Positions 1-9,941 of a stretch of DNA of 64,000 nt are shown here, in pieces. Within the stretch, counting starts at the first letter, position 1, and each line of letters begins with the position of its first letter. A program made the translations under genes and the position numbers. This DNA comes from Thecamonas trahens ATCC 50062 (taxonomy: Eukaryota; Protista; Apusomonadida). The notes under the pieces were generated by a model. It did no database searches, was not told the origin of the DNA, and saw only the letters and a list, made by a program, of their open reading frames with translations. The DNA lies in contig NW_013657668.1 in assembly GCF_000142905.1 (NCBI RefSeq), positions 358,492-422,491 on the forward strand, written 5' to 3'.

Positions 1-798
1 ACTGCCGCAGACCTCCGAAGCCCCCCAAACCTGAAAGGCAAGGTAAGGAACAACCATAATCGCAGATGCCCCAAGCCAGGCAGCACAGACTGCGAGCCGA
101 CCCAGTGTCGATCCCGCTGGCGCAGTCGCGGCGCGGACACAAAGCGCGACGGCGAGGCCCGATAGCAACATACCGTTTGAGCGGAGCGATCCAGCTCCAA
201 CGCCCGCAACAACCAGGCTCACACTAGCCAGCACCCGTGAGGCCGTCGAGTCATTACGCCGCGCAGGCGTAGCCAGCCACAGATAGGCGGCAACGGCGGC
301 AAAGGCAACCGCCGCAAACGGCGCCTCGGTGTAGGCCACAGATCCAAAGACCGATGCGGGCGAGAGAGCATGGAGCCTGCCCGCCGTAGCCATAAACGTT
401 TCACGCGTCACGCCCGAGCCGTGAAGCCACTTTGAGCCTTTGCTGGCTTCATACACAAGGCCAGCGGACCAGGCGACGGCGAGAGCTGCCGCGATGCCGG
501 CGACGCTGGCGATGAGGGCGCCAGCGAGAGGCGGCGAGAGCCAGCCAGCAGACGCAGCGACCACTGCACGAAGAAGCAACGGCCATCCCGGAAAGAACGC
601 CATCTCGTGCTCATACACATATCCGCGGTCGGCGATGGCGGTGTAGTAGATGCCGTCCCAGTTGGCGGCGTGGCCGAGAGCAGCCCGACTGCCCGAGGCG
701 TCAAAGGGCGGAAGACAAGCAGCGGCTGCAGCCATGACCACTGCCACCACCACCCGCGAGCACACACCCCATGCCACTGTCTGCGCCACCCATCCCAT
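1..798 (-). CDS. PIGV: GPI mannosyltransferase 2 (PIG-V/Gpi18), 3'-partial, runs off the window start
   Basis: Manual minus-strand translation from ATG 798 gives MGWVAQ...NWDGIYYTAIADRGYVYEHEMAFFPGWPLL...SPASVFGSVAYTEAPF...LRSNG, matching the PIG-V motifs WD, GYxYEHxxAFFP, SPAxxF..Y(S/T)E and RSNG. Not in the ORF track, presumably because the stop lies outside the window. Confidence 0.9.
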   Translation of the reverse strand, partial: MGWVAQTVAWGVCSRVVVAVVMAAAAACLPPFDASGSRAALGHAANWDGIYYTAIADRGYVYEHEMAFFPGWPLLLRAVVAASAGWLSPPLAGALIASVAGIAAALAVAWSAGLVYEASKGSKWLHGSGVTRETFMATAGRLHALSPASVFGSVAYTEAPFAAVAFAAVAAYLWLATPARRNDSTASRVLASVSLVVAGVGAGSLRSNGMLLSGLAVALCVRAATAPAGSTLGRLAVCAAWLGASAIMVVPYLAFQVWGASEVCGS

Positions 799-1176
799 CA
801 CCGCGTCTGCTGTGGTGGGAGTTGGGTGGCGAGGTGGGTGACGGGCCACGGCGCGATCGAGCGCGAGCAGAGGCGGCAGGCGCCGATGACCACTTCCCGA
901 TGACCGTATCGTCACCACACACACGGTTCGTGCTCATCGTGGCGGTATCACTCTCCTTAGAGCATATGGCAGATGATAGAAAAGTGTGGCTGGTCGGTCC
1001 CGTTGGGCTTCGGTGGAGGTCTCATCGATTCCCGGGCTCGGGGCGGGCTGGTCCCGGCCCGGGTTGACCCACGACGAGGCCGGCCGAGCAACGAGCCGAC
1101 AGGCCTCTGGTCGGCAGCCACCACGTGCCAGGGGCAGGGCACCTCACCTCTCGCAAGCAGCAAGCAGAACCCAAAG

Positions 1177-2480
1177 ATGGGCAAGAAGACAAGCAAGCGC
1201 AAGTCGAAGATGAGGAGCTCAGCTGGCTCGGCTGGCTCGGCTGGCTCGGCTGGGTCAGTTGGTGCGGCTGGTGCGGCTGGTGCGGCAGGAGGCAAGCTGG
1301 TGCTGTGGGCCGTGGTCGGTTTGGCTCTGGCGGTGGTGGCTGCCATGATCGTCGCTCCGGGCGCCATGCCGTGGGTGGCCGGGAATGGGAAGGGTCCGAT
1401 GGACCGAGGCGAGTCAGATAAGAGAAATAACCCGCTAGCTGAGTCCGACGGCAGTCCGCGGATCGTGCTTCTTCATGCCAACGGGGGAAACAACTCGGCG
1501 TCAGATCCGTGGCCGGCACAGCTAACCATCTCGTCGCGGAGCGAGCTCGATTCGATGGTGGTTGACAAGTTCTTTGAATGGGGTCTGGACAAGCATCGCC
1601 CAGCTCATGTGCCAGCCGACCGCGAACTTGTCCTCAACCTGTACCTGGAGGACGGCTCGCGGCTGCGATCGATCCAGCAGCTGGCCAAGGACCGCCCACA
1701 AACGTGTTCATGGTCCCGGCCGACGAGTTCTTCTTCTGGCCAGGGCTGTACAAGGGCCACCGGACGACTGTGGCTGGCATCGTGGGTGCCGGCGGCGCAC
1801 CCGTCGTCATTGAGACCGTCTCGCTCGAGCCGCGCGTCTTTATCCTTGACAACATCATCTCCGAAGAGCAGATGGAGGTCATCAAGGGCGCGGTCCGCCA
1901 CGAGATGCAGCGCTCGGCTATGTACACTCCGACCGACGATGGGACTCACTACGACGAGTACTCGAACGGCCGCACCTCGAGCCAGGCATGGTACAAGCAG
2001 CGCCACCCGCTGACCGAGCAGCTCTATGACAACATCGCCGCCCTCACCAAGACTCGCCAGAACCTTGCTTTTGGCATGCAGGTCATCAACTACGGTCCGG
2101 CACAGCACTACGAGGCCCACTACGACTACTTTGATCCGTCCATGTACCCCGGCGAGTCCCAGTTCCAGAACGGCCGCAACCGCATGATCACTGTCCTCTT
2201 TTACATGAACGATGTCGAGGAAGGTGGTCACACCGCTTTTCCCCGCGGCGACGACTACTACGGCCTCAACGGCGTCATTACTGACTACTCGGACTGCGAG
2301 CACGGCGTAAGCGTGGCGCCCAAGAAGGGCCGCGCCGTCATGTTCTACTCGCTCAAGGCACTCGGCCACATGAACGGCGCCCTCGACAGGTACTCGCTCC
2401 ATTCGGGCTGCGACGTGCTCAAGGGCGAAAAGTGGGCCGCCAACCGCTGGATCTGGAACAAGCCGTTCCCGCAGCAGTAA
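1177..2480 (+). CDS. Prolyl 4-hydroxylase alpha-like 2OG-Fe(II) oxygenase with N-terminal membrane anchor; apparent 1-nt frameshift at ~1695-1703
   Basis: TM helix LVLWAVVGLALAVVAAMIV in frame 973..2013. Catalytic part in frame 1578..2480: SLEPRVF, RTSSQAW, HYD, RMITVLFYMNDVEEGGHTAFP, SLHSGC, KWAANRW. One extra C at GACCGCCCACAAAC joins the two frames. Confidence 0.85.
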
Positions 2481-2496
2481 AGGCCTCGCTCGACGC

Positions 2497-3465
2497 TCAC
2501 ATCGGAAGTAGTGCCTTGATCAGCGAAATGCCCGAGACGCTCACGCACACCACCATCCCGGCGAGCGCAGGCGGCAAGTCGTCGAGCACCTCGGGTACAA
2601 GCTCGGCAAACGTCACCCAAATCATGCAGCCGCCAGCAAAGCCGAGCCCCAGCGGAACAAGCCGCGAAAACGTGTCCGCAAAGACAAAAGCCAGGACCGC
2701 GACAAGCGGCTGCGGCGCCGACGTCAGCGCCGCATACCCCATCGCCGCCAGGAACGACCCGCCCTTGGCCCGAATCCGCAGCGCCACCACTAAGCCTTCT
2801 GGGATGTTGTGACACGCAATCGCGAGCGCCATGTACAGGCCCGAGATGCTGGCGCTGCCATCGTGCGAGCCAGGCGTTGCATACGCCACGCCGACGCCCA
2901 CTCCCTCGCCGATCGAGTGCAGCGTCATGATCGCCACAAGCAGCAGCGCTCGCCGCGCTGCTGTCCCAGACAGTCCCGCCAGTGATAGCCCGCGAAGCCT
3001 GGTCACCGTCTCGGACGACCACATGATGAACAGGACGCCGCAGAGGAGGCCGAGCGCTCCCCGCAGTGGATGCTCGGCCATGGCCTCGGTCACCAGATCA
3101 AATGAGATTGCGAGCATGACGCCCACCGCCACCGCCGTGGCGCAAGCCACCGCCGCCCCGCCATCGCCCATTGCCACCAGCGGCACAGCGCCGAGGCCGG
3201 TCGACGCAGCCATGGCCACACTCGCAGCAAGCACCTCGAGCCAGCCAGCCGACGAGCCGCTTGGCGTTGACTCACTGCCAGAGCCGGCCACCGCCTGGGT
3301 CACCACGACCACGCCAAGCACACACACACCAACCCGTACCCCAGTCCGCCACCGCCTCACCAGCTCTGCACTCTCGCCCTCTCGCCCTGGCCTTGCGCCT
3401 GTGCTTGCACTGCCGCTCCCGCCGTGTCCAGTCCCGCCACTGGCTGTTGCGCCCAGCGGGAGCAT
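2497..3465 (-). CDS. ZIP family (ZupT/ZIP11-like) metal transporter
   Basis: Multiple TM helices, with motifs MTLHSIGEGVGVGV and IACHNIPEGLVV. First ATG at 3465. Confidence 0.9.
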   Translation of the reverse strand: MLPLGATASGGTGHGGSGSASTGARPGREGESAELVRRWRTGVRVGVCVLGVVVVTQAVAGSGSESTPSGSSAGWLEVLAASVAMAASTGLGAVPLVAMGDGGAAVACATAVAVGVMLAISFDLVTEAMAEHPLRGALGLLCGVLFIMWSSETVTRLRGLSLAGLSGTAARRALLLVAIMTLHSIGEGVGVGVAYATPGSHDGSASISGLYMALAIACHNIPEGLVVALRIRAKGGSFLAAMGYAALTSAPQPLVAVLAFVFADTFSRLVPLGLGFAGGCMIWVTFAELVPEVLDDLPPALAGMVVCVSVSGISLIKALLPM

Positions 3466-3514
3466 GATCGCCGGCGCGCCGACGTGAGCGACAAGAGTTT
3501 GGCACTTGGTGGTC

Positions 3515-5602
3515 CTACGGTTCAAGAGAAGCAAGCTCGGATAGGCTGGTACTGGCTACAGCGCGACGCAACACAAGTGCGCGCTCGAATCGGTACCGAT
3601 CTCTACACACCCGATCGAGACTCCAACCGGCAGCGGCAAACAAGTCGACGACGGCCTTGCGGCGAGTGCGGACGCCGACCTCGAGAACAACCGCGCCATC
3701 CGGCGCAACCAGTTCGGGGCTCCGCAATAGCGAGGCAGCAAGCCCAACATATCCAGCTTGACCGTCCTCGCCGCCAAGTAGCGCCAGCAGCGGCTCATGC
3801 TCGACGGTCTCGTCGTCGAGGTGGCGATCAGCGAGAGGCTCCGCCACATACGGCGGGTTGCACACCAGCACGTCGGCGTTCTTGACACGATCGTCAACAG
3901 CGCCGAGATCAGCTAGATCGCCCTCGACAAAGCACACATTCGTGTTAGGTGACAAGAGTCGACTGGCGTTGGCCTGTGCCACAGCGAGTGCGTCCGGGCA
4001 AATGTCGACGCCGACACCGGCGAGTGATGAGCCCTCGATACCGGCCGCCAGGATCGAGACCAGCAGACAGCCCGAGCCCGTGCCCACGTCCACCACGCGG
4101 AGACAATCCCGGGTGCGTGCGCTTCGCGCCAACTCGGCTCTGGCCTCAGCCACCAGCACCTCGGATGATCGTCGCGGAATGAGGACCGCGGGCGTGACCG
4201 CAAACGAGAGATCGCAGAACGTCGCCGACCCCACAATGTACGCCAGGGGCATGCTAGCCAGTGCCGCCGCGTCAGCCTCGGTCCACGCAGAGGCCTCGCT
4301 TGCAATCGCATCTTGGATGGTGGCTTTGCGGACCGCACCGCGCTCGGCGGCAAACCGTCCCTCGCGCTCCAGAAGCGTGAGAAATCGGACTGGCGCCTGG
4401 GCTTCGACCACCACACGCTCTCCGGTACGCGGGTGCGCAAAGGCTATGCGTCGGACGTGAAGCATTGCCGGCATATGCCGGCGATTGGATGTCCGCCCCT
4501 GGCGATCAATCAAAGCCAGCTCACCCGAGCCCGCGAGCGCCCCAAAGAGCTCGTCCGGATGGCTTACGCCGCCCATCAGGCCGCGGAGCCAGAGCAGCGT
4601 TCCGACAGCGTTCGACGGCGTGCTCTCCACCAGCTCTAGCGCCATTCCGTCAATGCAGCGGACCAGGCCGTCGTCGCTGACAGGTACGCCGTTGAGTGCG
4701 CCTACAAGAGCGTCAAACTCGAGCTCGTCAAGCCGCCCCGCAGATAGCAGGCGACCAGGTGGACCGGCGTCAGCCCAGGCATCGGCTGCCGCCCGCGACT
4801 TGAAGACCACGACCAGGCCTGAAACCGTCTTGCCGAGCAAGTATCCCAGCCGAGCTCGCGGCATCCGGTCATCAGGAATGAGTTCGGGCGGCAGCCGATC
4901 GAGCGGGAACATGTCCCGCACAAACGCCTGCAGGGCTCCCGAGTCGACCTGGCCGGCACTCCGCAGCCCGCTGGGCTTGGACACAACGGCCAAGTCGCGA
5001 TCCTCCCACACCACGTGGATGTTGCGCTCGCTAGCAGCACGACAACGCGCGCTTGTCCACGACTCGAGCGGAAGCTCGAGGGCGAGGCGCACACCAGCGG
5101 GCAGCTGATGGTCTTTGCGGACCGAGTTGCCACCGTCGGCAGTGAACAGGCCGTGGAACATCATGCGCTTCGTCGACCGCCGCGACTGTGCACCCATGTC
5201 AGCAAAGAACTTCTGCGCAGCCTCAAGCGCCGTCATCGGCTCGGGCACAACAACCTCTCGTCGGCGAACGATGGAGCCATCGGCTGTGGTGGCCACCTCG
5301 GTCGAGACCAGAGCGACGTCGACCGGCGAGAGCTCCAGCACCAGCTCTGCCCCCAACGGCACAGCTGCAGCAGCAGACCGGATGTCCACCACCTCTGCCT
5401 CTCCACCAGACTCGTTCACCATCCGTAGCCGCCCCTCGCTCACCGCAACCGCCACCGCTGCGTTGGTTGCCATCAGCTCGGGCACCACAGCCTTGAGCAG
5501 GTCCTTTGCCCGGACGGCCCGATAGTGCGCATTGCGGACAACCATACACAAGCCGCCAAAACCAGCCGCGCCGTCTTCCACCCGCGCGTCCGCCGCCGCC
5601 AT
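3515..5602 (-). CDS. Fusion of a degenerate RluA-family pseudouridine-synthase domain with HemK/PrmC N5-glutamine methyltransferase
   Basis: RluA motifs VVWEDRDLAVVSKPSGL and LHVRRIAFAHPRTGERVVVEA. PrmC motifs PLAYIVG, VLIPR, VDVGTGSGC, NPPY and EPLLALLGGEDG. Start placed at MAAADA (5602) is uncertain. Confidence 0.85.
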   Translation of the reverse strand: MAAADARVEDGAAGFGGLCMVVRNAHYRAVRAKDLLKAVVPELMATNAAVAVAVSEGRLRMVNESGGEAEVVDIRSAAAAVPLGAELVLELSPVDVALVSTEVATTADGSIVRRREVVVPEPMTALEAAQKFFADMGAQSRRSTKRMMFHGLFTADGGNSVRKDHQLPAGVRLALELPLESWTSARCRAASERNIHVVWEDRDLAVVSKPSGLRSAGQVDSGALQAFVRDMFPLDRLPPELIPDDRMPRARLGYLLGKTVSGLVVVFKSRAAADAWADAGPPGRLLSAGRLDELEFDALVGALNGVPVSDDGLVRCIDGMALELVESTPSNAVGTLLWLRGLMGGVSHPDELFGALAGSGELALIDRQGRTSNRRHMPAMLHVRRIAFAHPRTGERVVVEAQAPVRFLTLLEREGRFAAERGAVRKATIQDAIASEASAWTEADAAALASMPLAYIVGSATFCDLSFAVTPAVLIPRRSSEVLVAEARAELARSARTRDCLRVVDVGTGSGCLLVSILAAGIEGSSLAGVGVDICPDALAVAQANASRLLSPNTNVCFVEGDLADLGAVDDRVKNADVLVCNPPYVAEPLADRHLDDETVEHEPLLALLGGEDGQAGYVGLAASLLRSPELVAPDGAVVLEVGVRTRRKAVVDLFAAAGWSLDRVCRDRYRFERALVLRRAVASTSLSELASLEP

Positions 5603-5723
5603 CCCGACTGCGACCCACAAGGCACGAGTGACAAGTGAGAACAAGCGTGTGCACTTGGAGCAGTGCTTGTGCCGTAGCCAACGGGCCAAGTATCCATGTT
5701 CAATAGAGCGTGCAATCGGGTGG

Positions 5724-6793
5724 CTATCCATCTGGGTAAGAGGCTTCTGCGGCGAGGCCTTGGTAGTGGGCAACAACCTTTGGGTCACGGTTCATCCAGT
5801 CGCGGACGTCGAGCAAGATAAAGGCAGCGGAGGACTGCATGTTGGAGACCTTCTTGGGCACCTTGCCGCGCGGATCGACCTGGGCAATCCATGTGACGAG
5901 ACAGGCGGAGGAGGCGGCCTCCTCGGCAGCCGACGTGACACGCGAGCCGTCTGCGTTGAGCGGCACAATGACGTATCCGGATCGCTGGAGGAAGAGGCGG
6001 ACATGTTTGCGCGGAAGTGGCGCTGGGTGGGCGGCGGATGACGAGCACACGATGTACTCCCAGTCGTTGTCAGCGCAAGCCATGCGCTCGGTGTCAAAGG
6101 TAACCATGGCGCGGTCCTTGAGCGGCATGGGAAACTTGTACAGCATCTGCGAGATGGAGCAGGTTGGCGAGAAGGTCTCCAGAAGCTCGGCCGACTTGAA
6201 CCGCGAGTCGCAGGCCTTGAGATGCAGGTTGGAGCGGAAGACCTGGAACATAATCCTTGCCGACCGGCGGAAGATGAACTTGCCACGGGTGATAGCCAGC
6301 TCGCCCGATTTGTCCTGTGTCACCGAGCACCCGTTCTTGGTCTTGATCGACTCCCAAGGCGGGCCCTCGGCTGCCGCCACTTGCGACAGATCGTCCAGCA
6401 ACGCATCTGTCCGCCCGCTCCACAGACCGCCCGACAACCCGACCGACCGACCGACCGCACACCACCAAGCGCAAAGACGATCACCCGAAACACATACATA
6501 GACACGTACGCCTTCAATGATGAGTCGCTTGATGTACCCCGCCCGCCACCGCATCGCTGACGACGTCAGCCAAGGGGTCGACCTCCCGTCGGGAGAGAGA
6601 GAGCAAAAGGGGGGGGGGAGGCATAGGGATAGGGATGGGGCCAAGAGCACCACATATACAGAGTGTACGTACCAGCTACCCATTCGTAGTTTGTATCGGT
6701 GATGGTGAGACCCTCAAGCGGAGCATCGCTACCAGTCGACTCTTCGGAAGCATACAGCTCGTCCAGTGTTGCCACCTTGCGCACAGCCGCCAT
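5724..6793 (-). CDS. START-domain lipid-binding protein, spliced
   Basis: START-like YKFPMPLKDRAMV, KHVR..SGYVI, VTWIAQVDPRGKVP. Exon 1 is 6793..6673, followed by a GTACGT donor and an acceptor near 6557. The structure of a second intron (~6510-6407) is uncertain. Confidence 0.75.
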
Positions 6794-7225
6794 GCAGACT
6801 CAGCTAGACCGCAATGATAGATGGAGGAAGGTGAAGAAGAAGGTAGTGGTAGTGGAGAGACAGTATAGAAAGGTGTGATGCTCAACAAGGAAGGCACAGA
6901 GTGCTGTGCTGGTATCCACTCCCGCACCACTCTCGCATTCGTCCCATTTCGTAGCGCGGGTGGTCGGACGCGGGAGGTGCTACCAACACAGCGTTTGTCA
7001 AGGAGTGCCTGTGACGAACAGAACATTGCTGACGGATGACGTTGTTCGCCGTTGGCAGGCAACGACGATCTTGTCAATGATTCTACCTTGTCCCGCAATT
7101 GGTGAAAATGGTGCCGCCACTCGCTCGGCTAGCCAACCGGTTGGCGGCTGGCCAACGATAGACCCGTCGCACCCGGCTCGGAGCACACAAAGCGAGAGCA
7201 GAACGAGAGCAATAGAGTCTCGCAG

Positions 7226-8356
7226 ATGGAAGAGTATCGGAAGATCTCCACTGTTGGGCGTGGCCAGTTTGGGTCTGTCATTCTGTACGTGTCGCCTTGT
7301 CTATGAGTTAGAGCGTGGCGGTTGTGCGATGTGCGGAATGGCAGGCGGGAGAGGGCGCGAATTTTCAAATGTTTTCAGTTACGGACAAGGCCACTCACGG
7401 AGACAACGGGGAATGGGACCATGGGGCGGGGACAGGGCGCGGGAGGTTGCCACGGGCGACAAGGTAGCCATCAAGGTTGTCAAGACCAAGCGGTATACAG
7501 AGAAGCAGCGGGCAGATCTCATTCGCGAGGTGGTGGTCCTCTCGGGTGTCCACCACCCGTTTGTCGTCGCCTACCGGCACTCGTTCTACAAGGCGGCGGC
7601 GGTGTACATTGTGATGGAGTATGCCGAGCGTGGGACGCTCAAGGCCAACCTGGCCAAGGACGGACGTAAGCTCAAGCTGTCCGAGCGGCGGATCATGCGG
7701 TACTTTGTCCAGATCCTTCTAGCTCTCATGCACCTGCATCGCGAGCAGATCCTCCACCGCGATCTCAAGACTGAGAACATCTTTGTCGCCGCTGACGGCT
7801 CGATCAAGCTCGGCGACTTTGGCGTCTCGCGGGTGCTTGGCAACACACTGGCGGCCACGCGCGCCGGCACGCCCCACTATGTTGCACCCGAGATTGTCGA
7901 GGGTGAGCTGTACGCGAAAAGGCCGACGTCTGGTCGCTCGGCGTCGTGCTCTACGAGATGGTCATGGGCAAGATGCCGTTCCGCCCGCGCAAGCCTGGCG
8001 CAGGCCTCCCGCAGCTTCTGGACAACATCTTGCACAAGCAAATCCGCGTTCCGCGCTCGCGCAACGTCTCGTCGAGCCTGCGCAACCTCGTCTCCGACCT
8101 CCTGAGCAAGGACCCTGATGACCGTCCCTCGCTCCGCTCGGTCTTCAAGCGCTCTATCGTCCGCCACGCCTTTGACGCCCTCCCCGACCGTGAGGACTTT
8201 GACAGCAAGGGCCGGTATGCGCCCTACGACTCGTCCGAGGAGGATGAGGGCGAGTCGGCCTCGCGCCGCGGCAAGCGCGACGCAAAAAAGCTGCAGAAGC
8301 GCCTCGGCGTCTCCCGCTCCTCACTCCGCCTCCGCAACCTGTCCAATCTCATGTAA
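7226..8356 (+). CDS. NEK (NIMA-related) Ser/Thr kinase; intron 7285..7435; apparent 1-nt frameshift at ~7917-7921
   Basis: Exon 1 MEEYRKISTVGRGQFGSVIL splices (GTACGT...ACAG) in frame to AREVATGDKVAIK. Contains HRDLKTENIF, KLGDFG and GTPHYVAPE. ADVWSLGVVLYEM continues in the -1 frame after GCGAAAAGG. Confidence 0.88.
7344..7370. promoter_or_regulatory. E2F-like plus CHR-like element in NEK intron 1
   Basis: GGCGGGA..GGCGCGAATTTTCAAAT. Confidence 0.45.
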
Positions 8357-8440
8357 ACGCCACATCTTCCTCTGGTGCTGCCGCATGGCTGGCGATTCTC
8401 GCATCCAGCACGTTGTGAAAGACTTGCTTCATTGGCGCAT

Positions 8441-9818
8441 CTATTTGCGGACCCACGATTCGAACACATACGGGTAGCGATACCGGAGGCGGAACTCGGT
8501 AGCCAGCTCCTTCTGCAGGTGGCAGTACGTAGTGAGAGCATCCTCGGTGTGCTCCTCGGTAGCAAACGCAAACTGGATCTCCTCAACGCGGTTCTTGTGC
8601 GACGTCAGGTAGTCCAGCACGTCGTACTCGCATCCATTGCAGTCAAGATGCAGAAGCGAGAGTGTGTGGATGCCGTTGCGCTGGACCTCAGACGGCAGTG
8701 ACTTGAACTCGACACGCATCATCTTGCGCTCCGGCGGCGGCGGCGGCGCGAGCAGCGATCCAGATCCAGTCTCCGAGCCTGACGACGTCCACGATTTCCC
8801 GCTCGACATGGCGCTGACCCCGCTGTCGCGCGAAGCGCCCCACTCAGAGCCCGACGAGCCCTCATCCTTGTCCGCAGCGCTCCGCGCGTCCACCGTGTCC
8901 TCAACCTCCACAGGCACCTCGCGGAACTCGTCCACATCCGACAAATAGAAAGGAAGGACCCGAACGTTGCTCACAGACTCAAACCGCGCGTTGAGCGCTT
9001 CGTAACGCTTGGGGATTCCCTCAAACACAAAGATGTTCGACCCATACATGTTGGTCATCGCGTGAACGACATCGCCGTTGCCCCCGCCCACAACAAACAC
9101 CACTCTATCACACCGCTATCGTGAGTCGTCATCGCTCATCAACATCCTTCCCCACAAGCTCTCATCCGCCTCCTACAAACATACGACTTGGAGTTGAGGT
9201 TCTTCTCAGCATACAGCAGCTCGGTGCCACCGTTCTGAAAGTCGCCGACAGTGCGATGAATCTTGGCCTTGCGGCAATCTGCAAACGACATCGGCTGCAT
9301 ATGCTTGGCCTCATCCCTGGAATGACTGAAGCTCTCTGTCCATCCAATCCGTTACCACCGCCACCACACCGTAGACATCATCCGCCATGAGTTTCCCCCC
9401 TCCTCCACCGCCCCTCCTACTTCCATCCGCCACTCTGTCTTCCCTCGTCGAGCAAGGCATCCACCACCACCACACCGAGGCGGACCACCCTCTACTCGCT
9501 CCAAGTACCCACACACACGCACATACACATACACACACACAAACACAAACATACATATACATATACATATACATATACACGCACGTACACGCACACGCAC
9601 TACTAACCCCCCCCCCCCCTACCTAACCTCCCTTCTCCCCTCCCCCCTCCCCTCCCCCCTCCCCTCTCTCGCAACGTGGCATGGAGCGTACGGTCGTAGC
9701 CAGAGCTGTTCATAAAGAAGATGAGGCAGAGGACAAAGACCACACCGCCCATGATGTAAGTACGGTTTGACTTGCCGCTCATGGACTGGTCGCTGAACAC
9801 ACGCTTCTCCGGAAGCAT
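8441..9818 (-). CDS. FkbM-like SAM-dependent methyltransferase with N-terminal TM anchor; exons 9818..9692, 9335..9185, 9104..8441
   Basis: Phase-compatible GT-AG introns give ...EKNLNSKSVVFVVGGGNG...FVFEG...LLHLDCNGCEYDVL. N-terminal TM is IMGGVVFVLCLIFFM. Confidence 0.7.
9509..9670. repeat. (CA)n/(TA)n microsatellite and poly-C tracts in FkbM intron 1
   Basis: Directly visible. Confidence 0.9.
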
Positions 9819-9941
9819 ATCCTTGCAGGGCGTCAAGTCGTTGCTGTTCTCGAGTCATGACCGGCTGCTGCCAGCTGCTTCAGACACACACTCACCTACC
9901 TCCTTCTCGCCAACACGGGTTGGCCGATTATTGTGGTGCGA

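Noticed and set aside
219-1067. Short ORFs listed at the window start
   Set aside because: They are alternative frames of the PIG-V gene, which the ORF track missed.
1573-1578. TTTGAA/TTCAAA hexamers inside coding sequences
   Set aside because: Explained by codons (for example Phe-Glu), and they lack the AT flanks and adjacent CGCG seen at the intronic sites.
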